From assembly GCA_028291605.1 (NCBI GenBank), contig JAQGHS010000921.1:1-55062 (forward strand): a stretch of DNA of 55,062 bases, written 5' to 3'. The position numbers were made by a program, and so were the translations under genes. The notes under the pieces are model-generated. The model was not told the origin of the DNA and did not search any database. It saw only the letters and a list, made by a program, of their open reading frames with translations. This stretch comes from Planctomycetaceae bacterium (GTDB lineage Bacteria; Planctomycetota; Planctomycetia; Planctomycetales; Planctomycetaceae). This document shows, one piece after another, positions 43,537 through 52,679 of the stretch (position 1 is its first letter; each line of letters opens with the position of its first letter).

Positions 43537-43551
43537 CCTGCTGATCGTGCT

Positions 43552-43923
43552 CTAGGTCTCCCCTGTGGGCGCCCCTCGACTGACCGTATCACTGTCCTTC
43601 ATCTTTTGCGTGGCCGAGAAATTCTTCTGCCAGAGCGACTTCCCGACAGCCAGATCAATCGCGGCGACGTGCAAGATCTCTTTTTCGTCTCCGGAAACGG
43701 ATGTGACGAATACGCGTTTTCCCCACACGACCGGACTTGATTGTCCATAACCATTGATGCGAGTCGTCCAACCAGACCTGCCGCGCTGTTCCCAGGTAAT
43801 TGGCAAATCTTTAGCAAGGGCAATGCTGTCACCTGGACCTCGAAATCCGATCCATGGTTCAGCGGCGTAACCCGGAACGGTGGAGATAATCCCGAGCAAA
43901 ATCAACAGGGCGCTACGCATCAT
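43552..43923 (-). pseudogene. N-terminal fragment of a secreted PQQ-like/BamB-like beta-propeller repeat protein
   Basis: A signal peptide (MMRSALLILLGIISTVPGYAAEPW) is followed by GFRGPG...GYGQSSPVVWGKRVFVTS...AAIDLAVGKSLWQ, typical of the first blades. The ORF stops after 123 aa at ...SRGAPTGET*, where homologues continue for about 300 more residues. The stop lies 15 nt from the convergent DAC-like gene. Confidence 0.55.
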
Positions 43924-44006
43924 TTGAGAAGCCTTCGAGATAGTTGAACTGAAGAGGACACTCAGTACGTCAGGTCAGATCGGAGCCCGCGAAACTCACG
44001 TCATCG

Positions 44007-45449
44007 TCAATGGCCGGTCCCCGATCCACCGACGCAGACAATTTTTGATGGAACGCCACCCACCCTGAATTCTGCAACTTTCTTCCGATCCTCCAGGGAT
44101 AACAATGTCAGAGTGCCGTCACCGGGATTCGTGAAAATCGCAGCTCGACGATCGTCATCGAAACCCACCGCATGGTGTCCACTGTGCCCGTCAACTCGGC
44201 AATTCCCGACGTCTTTGACTTCCAGGCGTTTCCCTCCGACTAAGTTTCCGTCTGCTGCCAAGTTGAGCTCGATCAAACTCAACTTGCACGTCGACTCGAC
44301 ATCAGCGGGATGATCGTGGAATACCAGCGCCAGCGGAGCGCCTCGCCGCGGCTTCACGATCGAAGGGCCCACTGGCCGCGAACCATCAGCCAAATGGAGT
44401 GGCACCTGCACGACTTCCAATACGCTGCGACTGGCGTCGATAAAACCCGCCGCTGCGTTGCTTCCAGATCCGGTCACGAAACCGACGCAGTTCCCCCATA
44501 CCTCAAATGAGCCGGTCCGACGTGGCTTCTCTCCGTCTTTTCCCAGTGACACGTGATTCACTTGAATCGTCTTGGGATCCAGGTTCGGATTCGAGTTCAC
44601 CTTGATCCAGCACAGTCCGTCCGACGGTGCGAAGAATGCCTTGCCGTAACACGTTGTGGCCCCGTGAATCCCTCCGTGTGGCAAGTTCAAGGAGTATTGA
44701 ACCTTGCTGTCTCCGGCGAGTGACGTGACATCCACTCGTCCCTTGTTCGGTCCGTCACGATCGATCCAGGTTGAATATGCAACTTTTCCGCCTGCGGCTG
44801 CTAATGTGATGTGCCCTCCGCCGCCGGAAAAACGGACGGCGCGTGAGCGAATCTTCGCCACATCGTCATCCCGTTTGATGCCCGCTGGATCGAACCGCGT
44901 AAAGCCACCGAGCTTGTCATTTGCCAGATAGAAAACATCGTCATAGCAATAAACGTGTGCCGGGTTCCCCTGCTTCTCATCGAGAACGCTCGCTAACACC
45001 GTGGGTGGTCGCGGATAATCCCAGTGGGAATGGTCGCCGTGGTTGTCTTCTTCGACGCCCGTGTCAATCAATACCCAGCCACTTTGGAATTTCCCGTCGT
45101 CATCATCCCGAACTCCCACTAACAACTTGCCTTTCGCCACCTCCATCTGGACGAGGTTCTGCCGTTTGATGTCCAGAGTCGGAAAACCCTTGATCATTCG
45201 AACGGCACCAAGTCGGGGCGGTTCGGCAGCTAAGACGTCGGCCCATTTCAACGCTCGTGCGTCGTCGTCTTGAAAGAAGATCCGCGTCAGAACTCGTGGA
45301 GGTGAAGCTGATTTCGCAGTAGGTGGGGCCGCATCGACTCGCAGCCCGAGAAGGCCAGACAGAATCAAGTTGAGAGCCAGGATTACTGACAACCGAGAGA
45401 TTGAATGCACGAGATATCCTTTCGCCGGAATGAACTTTGAGCAGAGCAT
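44007..45449 (-). CDS. secreted hypothetical protein, probably beta-propeller-like, with His-rich metal-binding-type motifs
   Basis: The ATG at 45449 gives MLCSKFIPAKGYLVHSISRLSVILALNLILSGLLG (a signal-like N-terminus). It contains EEDNHGDHSHWDYP and VDGHSGHHAVGFDDD. The longer track start (45512) would overlap the upstream gene. Confidence 0.6.
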   Translation of the reverse strand: MLCSKFIPAKGYLVHSISRLSVILALNLILSGLLGLRVDAAPPTAKSASPPRVLTRIFFQDDDARALKWADVLAAEPPRLGAVRMIKGFPTLDIKRQNLVQMEVAKGKLLVGVRDDDDGKFQSGWVLIDTGVEEDNHGDHSHWDYPRPPTVLASVLDEKQGNPAHVYCYDDVFYLANDKLGGFTRFDPAGIKRDDDVAKIRSRAVRFSGGGGHITLAAAGGKVAYSTWIDRDGPNKGRVDVTSLAGDSKVQYSLNLPHGGIHGATTCYGKAFFAPSDGLCWIKVNSNPNLDPKTIQVNHVSLGKDGEKPRRTGSFEVWGNCVGFVTGSGSNAAAGFIDASRSVLEVVQVPLHLADGSRPVGPSIVKPRRGAPLALVFHDHPADVESTCKLSLIELNLAADGNLVGGKRLEVKDVGNCRVDGHSGHHAVGFDDDRRAAIFTNPGDGTLTLLSLEDRKKVAEFRVGGVPSKIVCVGGSGTGH

Positions 45450-45469
45450 CAGCCGGTTCTGCCCTGGTG

Positions 45470-45835
45470 TTATTTGACTTCGATCTTCAAGTCGGTATCG
45501 GATGAATCCCAATCCGACGTCAGTGGGCTCGTTTCGGGTTTGCCATAATGGGGCGGAATGGGAATAGGGTCTGCGGAAACAGATTCGACCGTGATGCGAT
45601 ACTTCCCCGGTGAAAGCGTCATTCCGGTTTGGCCGTCAGCATGAATCAAACTGAATCGTCCGTTCGCATCACTGACTCCGTACGCAAGTCGATCTGTTGG
45701 TTCATGGCTGGCAAAGACGTTGACCTGCAAATCCGCGACGGTGGTCCCTCTGATAGAGACCGATCCAGGAGTACCTCCTTGAAGCTCACGTGCAGGGCTA
45801 CTACATCCGATGACCCATAGTGCCAGGAGAACAAT
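45470..45835 (-). CDS. carboxypeptidase-regulatory-like domain lipoprotein (the usual partner of DUF1559 genes); start codon unresolved
   Basis: The frame is open from 45877 and encodes ...SRALGASIVLLALWVIGCSSP (lipobox VIGC, Cys at 45805-45803), then GSVSIRGTTV...DANGRFSLIH...PGKYRITV. No ATG, GTG or TTG precedes the lipobox in frame. A GTG-CGT-CGA (MRR) sits one frame off at 45843. The 5' coordinate given is the in-frame ATT. Confidence 0.6.
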   Translation of the reverse strand: MVLLALWVIGCSSPARELQGGTPGSVSIRGTTVADLQVNVFASHEPTDRLAYGVSDANGRFSLIHADGQTGMTLSPGKYRITVESVSADPIPIPPHYGKPETSPLTSDWDSSDTDLKIEVK

Positions 45836-45870
45836 CGACGCACCGAGAGCTCGGGAAAGTTCCGCTAGCG

Positions 45871-46926
45871 TTAGAAATCACCTACCGTTTCGCCGCCATT
45901 GCGGCTGTGGATTGAACGATGCAACTGGGCATTCATGCCGTCGCTCAAGAAACGCACCGATCCATCACCCAGCATCACGTGAGCGCCACCCGAGTGCATG
46001 CTTCGCGGCCCGAAGAAGCCCGTTCCGTGCAATGTCACGTCGGGAATGCGGCTATTTGGCGTGGTATAGCCGTTGGTGCAGACATTGTGGGCCAAGCCTC
46101 GCAGCCATGAAGTGCCGCGTCCATTTCCCGCAGCGCTTCCCTTCCAGCCGGTTTGGACTGCGAGAACAGCCGACAAATCAGGGTTCACAAAAGGAGACGG
46201 CCACCCGCCCCCTGAGCTGCTATACCCTGGACCCGTGCCCGGGGAAGCCCCCGAACTGGCATTGAGACTTTTGCGGTACGGAAATGGCGGAGCGGTGCCT
46301 GCAGGTAAAGTCACATCAATGCCATCGCCACGAACCGCTTCGCTCATAACGACTGTGTTGGATAAGCCATCGGTGGCATCGGAGATCCGGGCATTCGAGT
46401 TCATCCAGAACATGCCGTCCGTCATACAGCGATCGTCGTAGTTTGTGCCTGTTCCACTGCCCGTGCTCACCATGTAGTTGTTTCCGGCAAAGAGATAGTC
46501 CTGGGCTGGACTACCGAGACTGGCCGACGACTGGGCGGGAGCCGGATCGCTCGGACAAAGCAGCAGCGGAACCACTTGTGCGAAGAGCGACACGAACAGC
46601 GGATTGGGAACTTGTGAACCGCCAGGCCCGGTGTAAACCTTCTGGCTGAAGTCGATCAAGTTCTGCAGATTCGCCTGATCGACATAGGGCAAAAGTCGAG
46701 CTTGCGGCGAGAATCCCGTAGAACCGCCATTCATGGGAAACACCGTGAAGGTGCTCTCGTAATTGTGCAACGCCAATCCCAGTTGTTTCAAATTGTTCTT
46801 GCATTGGGTCCGCCTTGCCGCCTCGCGTGCTTGCTGAACGGCGGGCAGCAGCAGCGCAATCAACACAGCGATGATCGCGATCACTACGAGTAGCTCAATG
46901 AGTGTGAATCCACGCTTCCGAGGCAT
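45871..46926 (-). CDS. DUF1559 protein with a prepilin-type N-terminal cleavage/methylation motif
   Basis: Starts [58 protein letters not shown]..., and the C-terminal region has [20 protein letters not shown] (the H-X9-DG-like motif). This is a hallmark planctomycete family. Confidence 0.92.
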   Translation of the reverse strand: MPRKRGFTLIELLVVIAIIAVLIALLLPAVQQAREAARRTQCKNNLKQLGLALHNYESTFTVFPMNGGSTGFSPQARLLPYVDQANLQNLIDFSQKVYTGPGGSQVPNPLFVSLFAQVVPLLLCPSDPAPAQSSASLGSPAQDYLFAGNNYMVSTGSGTGTNYDDRCMTDGMFWMNSNARISDATDGLSNTVVMSEAVRGDGIDVTLPAGTAPPFPYRKSLNASSGASPGTGPGYSSSGGGWPSPFVNPDLSAVLAVQTGWKGSAAGNGRGTSWLRGLAHNVCTNGYTTPNSRIPDVTLHGTGFFGPRSMHSGGAHVMLGDGSVRFLSDGMNAQLHRSIHSRNGGETVGDF

Positions 46927-47205
46927 GATGTAGACCTTTCAGGATGAGCGTCCGAGGTTTGAAATCGAACCCAATGTCCGACGAATTCGACGTACTCTAA
47001 TCATATGCCGATGCATGTGCAATACGTATGCAAAAGAATCTTTGATGCTATAACAGATTCGTGCTCGGCAGTCCCCACGCGATTGACGCGGAACCTCAAT
47101 GATTTCGACGCCCGCGACGTATCCGAACACAACCTTGCGGCTTGGAAAGGAGCCCGGACTCAGTAGTATGCAAGTGTGCGTCGAAGTGACTGGATGACGA
47201 AGATC

Positions 47206-48765
47206 TCAAAGTTCCTCACGGTACGCTCGTGATAGCCGTCCACACGCTCGTGACAGTTCCGACACATGCTTCCGAATGTCATCGGGCGAGTCGCCGTTTT
47301 CCAACAGATGCTCCAGCGTTTCCAACTTGTCGCTGACGACGCGCGCCTTCATCCGGTGGTACTCGCTCAGGCGGCCATACCGCAGATATGTCCCTACCTG
47401 GAGCCTGCGGATCCAACCTTCGCAGATGGGAAGCCAATGTAACGCATGCTCTTTCTGCCCCGTCCGAGCCGCAGTGAGCGTTTCCGTTTCCGCCAGTTTG
47501 AGTTCTTCTAACGTCTCTGCAGGCGACGGATAATAGGCAAAGCAGCCCACAATGCTGAACGCCACGATGGAGAGTAGTCCGGTCACTGCCAGAACGGGCC
47601 CGGGTACCTCAATGTCCCAGGCACCTCGCGCCAAGGTGACGGTCCCGCCCGCTTTCCTGTTCAACCATTCTTCAATGATCCACCGGCGATCGAGCCATCT
47701 GAGGAACAGCCCAAACGTCCCGAGCAGGCCCAACAGGATCGCACCGGCGATCTCATGCAATTGGGTATCCAGCTTCACCCGGCGCCAGATCTCCGCGAGA
47801 TAGCCACCGGTAGGACTCGCACCCGCTACGAACGGGCAACAGTAGCTGTCAAACGCATGCGTATGGTCGGCTGGTTCAATGTCTTTCGGATAGAGTGGTC
47901 GTTCGATACCGTATGACAGCGTCACGACTACCAGCAACATCAGGCCCATCCAGATGCTCGACATTTTCCAGCCATAGTTCCGGATCATCCACGCCAGCAG
48001 GCCAAGGTTCACCCCGGCTCCAAAGATTAAGAGAATAAATGCGGCACCGATCGAATTCCCGTGCTGAAACATCGAGCCCAGTTGGCCCATGGCTGTCATC
48101 GGGGTCGCATAAGCGGGAATGGCGATGGCTGTCATCAGCAGCGGCGAATATGGGTTAGCGTGTGACATCGTCCGCTGCAGAATTCCGGCGGGCAGCAGCA
48201 TGCTCAGCAGGCCAGTCCCACACAATCCGATGAAGATTAATCCGGCCGTACTGCTGACGGACTCGCGGGCCATGACGACGAGTACCGCCAACAACCGCTT
48301 GATACCATGCGGAGTTTCCGGAGGTTCTTCCGATTGGACCTCCGTATTCGGAAACATCCGGTCAAAGATCGTTCCGGAGATGGTCACCACGATCAACGAA
48401 CACAACGCAAAGGCGACGATCGTGATCGGCTTGGAAAGGGTGAGTCCATAGAGCATCGACAGCGGATCAAACAGTGGCGACGACAGGGCAAACGCAAAGA
48501 TTGTCCCCACCGCAATCCCACTACGACGCAACTGCTTGCAGATGGGAATGACGCCGAGTGAGCAGCCGGGTAATAGCATCCCGATCAACCAAGACTGAAA
48601 CAGGGACGCAACCGTATTCGATCCGAACAGCCAGCGCGTCTGCTTCTGCCCCATCATGCGGTGCAGCAGTCCCACTACGCACAGACCAGTAAAGATGAAT
48701 GGAGCAGCCTGCAGCGTGGCTTGAATGATCCGGAGGCAGGCACCCCAAAAAATGGTCTCAAACAT
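47206..48765 (-). CDS. predicted permease (DUF318/ArsP-type) with an extra C-terminal TM plus soluble helical domain
   Basis: 519 aa. The N-terminal pattern APFIFTGLCVVGLL...LLPGCSLGVIPICKQLRRSGIAVGTIFAFALSSP is typical of the PF03773-type permeases. The C-terminal roughly 150 aa add one TM and a helical domain. Confidence 0.7.
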   Translation of the reverse strand: MFETIFWGACLRIIQATLQAAPFIFTGLCVVGLLHRMMGQKQTRWLFGSNTVASLFQSWLIGMLLPGCSLGVIPICKQLRRSGIAVGTIFAFALSSPLFDPLSMLYGLTLSKPITIVAFALCSLIVVTISGTIFDRMFPNTEVQSEEPPETPHGIKRLLAVLVVMARESVSSTAGLIFIGLCGTGLLSMLLPAGILQRTMSHANPYSPLLMTAIAIPAYATPMTAMGQLGSMFQHGNSIGAAFILLIFGAGVNLGLLAWMIRNYGWKMSSIWMGLMLLVVVTLSYGIERPLYPKDIEPADHTHAFDSYCCPFVAGASPTGGYLAEIWRRVKLDTQLHEIAGAILLGLLGTFGLFLRWLDRRWIIEEWLNRKAGGTVTLARGAWDIEVPGPVLAVTGLLSIVAFSIVGCFAYYPSPAETLEELKLAETETLTAARTGQKEHALHWLPICEGWIRRLQVGTYLRYGRLSEYHRMKARVVSDKLETLEHLLENGDSPDDIRKHVSELSRACGRLSRAYREEL

Positions 48766-48792
48766 TGTCGTGTTCCGTGGAAAAGAGATCGC

Positions 48793-49281
48793 TTACGGCC
48801 GTCGATCCGCCGCTGGCATGAGCGTGCGGAGTGATTCAATCGCACGACGGCATTCATTGCGCGGCGTTCCCGGAGGGCGGTGCCCTGAGTTCGCTGCACT
48901 AGCATAAGAGTCATAGAATTCCGTCAATTGAGTCGCACACTGCTTCACCTGATCCCACTCCGGCTTCTTCAGATCCGAGTCAGCGGCGATGGTTGGCAGC
49001 CACTCGAGAATATCCAGCATTTCCCGGAGTTCACGCTTCAGGGCATCGAGTGTGATACGCCCGAGTTCTGCCTGAATGCGCGCATGGCGAAGTTCAATTT
49101 GACTCACTGCGGCCGCATAGGAACGCGGATGATGCGGGGCTTGATGGTGTTCCAGGCGCTCAGTCTGTGGCACATGGACTCCGCGCACGGACGTGTCGGT
49201 TGTCGCGTTTCCGCAGCCTAATAAGGTACTGCAAAGCACTAGCAGTACCGTCGCAAACAATGCTGAGTATTCGTGATACAT
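48793..49281 (-). CDS. hypothetical lipoprotein with a His-rich segment
   Basis: The signal and lipobox are ...VLLVLCSTLLGCGN, followed by RLEHHQAPHHPRSY and a helical C-terminal part. It sits between the moxR-like and permease genes, with short gaps of 8 and 27 nt. Confidence 0.65.
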   Translation of the reverse strand: MYHEYSALFATVLLVLCSTLLGCGNATTDTSVRGVHVPQTERLEHHQAPHHPRSYAAAVSQIELRHARIQAELGRITLDALKRELREMLDILEWLPTIAADSDLKKPEWDQVKQCATQLTEFYDSYASAANSGHRPPGTPRNECRRAIESLRTLMPAADRRP

Positions 49282-49289
49282 GGCAGTCT

Positions 49290-50243
49290 TTATGGAACTG
49301 AGATGGATTGCAACAACTCTTGGATAATTGACGCAGGATGTTCTCGTTCAATGCCCAGTCGCACGCTGAGCACGGGCAACGCCACATCCTGGATGTCATC
49401 AGGAGTGACGAATTCTCGGGACCGGAGAAATGCCTGAGCTTGGGCCGCCCGTTGCCAGGTCAACAAACCGCGCGGGCTGATACCAAGGGAGATGTGCGGA
49501 TGCCCTCGCGTGGCTTGGGCCAGTCGCACCAGATAATCCTGGACGGTCCGATCAACATTCAGCTGACGCACGCTCTCCTGCAGGCGAAGGAGCTGGCCCG
49601 GAGCCAGAATCGCCAGCCTCGGCTGGTTATCACTATTGCTTGCCACTGCGGCCGCTAACATTTCGATTTCATCGTCCGGTTCGGGATATCCCACGCTGAG
49701 CTTCATCGCGAAACGGTCGAGCTGGGCTTCTGGAAGAGGGTATGTGCCGTGCTGCTCATGAGGGTTTTGTGTGGCGATCACGAAGAACTGCGGAGAAAGT
49801 GGATGACGCAGGCCGTCGACCGTGACTTGCCGCTCCGCCATCGCTTCGAGCAGCGCACTCTGCGTGCGCGGCGTCGAGCGGTTGATTTCATCCGCCAGCA
49901 GGACCTCTGAGAACACTGGGCCGGGGCGAAATTCAAATTCATGTGCCTTCTGATTGAAGATACTGAAGCCAGTGATGTCACTGGGCAGCAGATCAGGCGT
50001 GCATTGCACCCGGGCAAAGTGCCCCCCCACGGCGTCGGCCAGGGCCTTGGCCAGTGTTGTTTTTCCAAGTCCCGGTCGGTCTTCAATCAAGAGATGTCCC
50101 TGCGCGAGCAAACACACAAGTACGTTTTCGATGACCGCAGGCTTGCCGCGCAAGACCCCGTTCAGTGAGACGCGCACTTGATCAATTCCCGCAAGGTCAC
50201 GGGCGTGCGAACTAACAGGCGGGAGTGTGTGGATAGACATCAT
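49290..50243 (-). CDS. MoxR-family AAA+ ATPase
   Basis: 317 aa with Walker A (GLGKTTLAKALA), Walker B (VLLADEINR) and ATQNPHEQHGTYPLPEAQLDRF, typical of MoxR. Confidence 0.92.
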   Translation of the reverse strand: MMSIHTLPPVSSHARDLAGIDQVRVSLNGVLRGKPAVIENVLVCLLAQGHLLIEDRPGLGKTTLAKALADAVGGHFARVQCTPDLLPSDITGFSIFNQKAHEFEFRPGPVFSEVLLADEINRSTPRTQSALLEAMAERQVTVDGLRHPLSPQFFVIATQNPHEQHGTYPLPEAQLDRFAMKLSVGYPEPDDEIEMLAAAVASNSDNQPRLAILAPGQLLRLQESVRQLNVDRTVQDYLVRLAQATRGHPHISLGISPRGLLTWQRAAQAQAFLRSREFVTPDDIQDVALPVLSVRLGIEREHPASIIQELLQSISVP

Positions 50244-50312
50244 GCTCGGTTGCGTCCAACGGCCAGGAAATCAGGCAAAGTATGATTGGGTATTCAATAG
50301 AGATCGCAGCGG

Positions 50313-52679
50313 CTACGACGGAGTTTGTGGTACGGCTCTTCGGGTGCGAAGGTCTTTAAGTCGCGCGAGCGTCCAGCAATTGACCATCTCGCGGCAAATC
50401 TCGCGCAGATGGGATTCCGGTGTGACGGTCTGGTGGGCGGGGGCATACCGCGCCCAGTCGCTGACCCGCGAAAAACGGTGGATCACGTCGAGCTCCGGCA
50501 TCATGTGCCTGTCAGCCAGACTCAGCAGCCATCTCGAAGCAGTGTCTGAAGCACCCCGAGTGAAACCAACCCAGCGGCAGCGTTGCTCGAGAAGTTGCAG
50601 CGTGTGAAAGACATGTTGACGCGTACGTCGGGCAGGTCGTAAAAGCCACCAACCCGTGATGATGCGGTCGCTCACTTCGGCCCGGAAATGCCAGGCCATC
50701 AGCAACAACAGGCAACATGTCGCGTACGCCCAAGTGTAGTGCCACACATGCCTCGCCGCTGTTGCCAGGGCTTGGAGGCAGCGTTGCCACCAGTTCGGCG
50801 CTGGAAGTAAGACGTCATACCCGGGGGTGGGCTCCAGCGTGACCCAGGTTCCGGGAGCGGCATGGATCTCTAACCAGACATGGACGTCTTCACGGATGAC
50901 GGGTGTATGACGCGACTTGGGTTCGTATTTGGCCGGGTCGACATAGAAACCAGTAACCAATCGCGTCGAGTGGCCCAGTGAGCGAAGTAGCAGCGCGGCT
51001 GCCGAGGCAAACATGTAGTCATTGCCACGTCGAGACTCGAACAGAAACTCGGTGATCGGATCGTCACAGCTCTCCTGAGCACGATAATTGCGGTCCAGCG
51101 TGCAGGTCTCACGAAGGCGGGCGACAACCGCTTCAATGCGCTCCCACTGATTCGTGCCGGGGCCGGCCCAGGATTTCGCGAGTGCTGCCAGTTTCGACTC
51201 GCTAACAGAGGATGGGATCTGCCGGTGGAAGATCTGGCCGCTACTGTTGCGAAGGCTCGTCTGTCGTAACCGCTCGCGTCGTACCGTCCGGCTTTGGATG
51301 TGAATGACCGTCAGATCGGGTAATTCATCACGATCCATTTTGACGATGCTCTCCTGCGCCCAGGCGAACATGTCTGCTCGATCGACCTTATCAATATGAA
51401 TCCCCATCAGACCCGGAGGTGAAGGAATACGGTTTGTCTGCAAGTTGATGATTTTGAGTTGATGCGCTTCAGGCGAAGCGAGCACGTCTTCGGGATCACG
51501 TAGCGGAACCTGCAGCCAAGGCTGCTTGCCCAGCATGGTGAGCTTGAGCTGAGCTGGGATGCCAGACATTTCTTCAGGAAACCAGTCGACTCCATCGAAC
51601 AGATCGAAGACCTCCAACCGCAAGTGTTGGGGTGTGCGTCCAGCAACGTATAGCAGCGCCGAACTCGTCACATCTTGCTGTGTTTTCAACTTCGGCGATG
51701 GGGCTCGGCGAGCAGTCGAGAATTGTTTGCCGAGCTTCTGCTGTTTGGCCATGCGTTCGTGCGCATGCTTGAGAAATTCCGGCGGCAGGGCGATGGACCG
51801 GTCTGTTTTCTGCAATTTCGGTGGCTTCCCATACATTTCATTGAAGACGTCATACAGGCTGGGCTGGGTCGACTCCATAAAGATGTCGGTCTCCACCGGC
51901 CCGAAGCTGCGCGCATCGTCTGTCGCTGGCACCATCGCCTCGCCATCGTTGACGCCACCACGTGCATGCGGATCGCTCCACTTGTCCCCACCGGAGGACG
52001 GCATCCATCCGGGCAACACCACAGCCACCTGTGGTGCAGCCAACGGCAGAATGGCCAGAACGGGCAGGAAGAGCAGCGGGATCCCAATGACAAATCGCTT
52101 GGGAACGCGTCGTCGGGTCGATCCCACCAGTCGCCCGCGCAGCGAATCCCAGTAGAGTCCCATCAGCCACCACACGCCACACAGGGCGAACAGCACGACC
52201 AGCAGATGGACCAGCGGATCGCTGGTGATTGCCGACGCGAAGATGATCAAAAACATGCTGGCGACGCAGCAGATGCGGTCGAACCGACGTTGATAGGAAA
52301 TCATCGCCAGTCCGCAGACTAGATTGCGGAAGCCGCCGACTAACAACAGTTCCAGCGTGTGCCCCGAGTCAGACGCAGCCCGCAGCAGGGCGTCTAACGG
52401 GATCGGAAGTAATGCCGAGGCGATCAGCAGCCAGCTCGTGAGTCGTCCGGGAACACGTCCGGTGCCCTTCCAGCTTGAGAAAACCCGATATCCCGCCACA
52501 ATCATCGCGCTGATCACAGCAGTCTTGAGCGCAATCTGCCAGCGCGCCCCTCCTGCTTCGCGTTGCGCTATTTCAAAAGTCGCCACCGCAACGAGTGACA
52601 GCAGTAATGGCAAACTTCCTGCGTGCAGCGACTTACCTTGGGCGGCCGGCGATGCGGCTGATGGGACATTAATGTTCAT
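50313..52679 (-). CDS. transglutaminase-like domain membrane protein (TgpA/DUF3488-type)
   Basis: 788 aa. An N-terminal multi-TM region is followed by a transglutaminase core around ...RGNDYMFASAAALLLRSLGHSTRLVTGFY...DVHVWLEIH (Cys-to-Tyr? see findings) and C-terminal TM helices. GGAGG lies 7 nt upstream of the ATG. Confidence 0.8.
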   Translation of the reverse strand: MNINVPSAASPAAQGKSLHAGSLPLLLSLVAVATFEIAQREAGGARWQIALKTAVISAMIVAGYRVFSSWKGTGRVPGRLTSWLLIASALLPIPLDALLRAASDSGHTLELLLVGGFRNLVCGLAMISYQRRFDRICCVASMFLIIFASAITSDPLVHLLVVLFALCGVWWLMGLYWDSLRGRLVGSTRRRVPKRFVIGIPLLFLPVLAILPLAAPQVAVVLPGWMPSSGGDKWSDPHARGGVNDGEAMVPATDDARSFGPVETDIFMESTQPSLYDVFNEMYGKPPKLQKTDRSIALPPEFLKHAHERMAKQQKLGKQFSTARRAPSPKLKTQQDVTSSALLYVAGRTPQHLRLEVFDLFDGVDWFPEEMSGIPAQLKLTMLGKQPWLQVPLRDPEDVLASPEAHQLKIINLQTNRIPSPPGLMGIHIDKVDRADMFAWAQESIVKMDRDELPDLTVIHIQSRTVRRERLRQTSLRNSSGQIFHRQIPSSVSESKLAALAKSWAGPGTNQWERIEAVVARLRETCTLDRNYRAQESCDDPITEFLFESRRGNDYMFASAAALLLRSLGHSTRLVTGFYVDPAKYEPKSRHTPVIREDVHVWLEIHAAPGTWVTLEPTPGYDVLLPAPNWWQRCLQALATAARHVWHYTWAYATCCLLLLMAWHFRAEVSDRIITGWWLLRPARRTRQHVFHTLQLLEQRCRWVGFTRGASDTASRWLLSLADRHMMPELDVIHRFSRVSDWARYAPAHQTVTPESHLREICREMVNCWTLARLKDLRTRRAVPQTPS

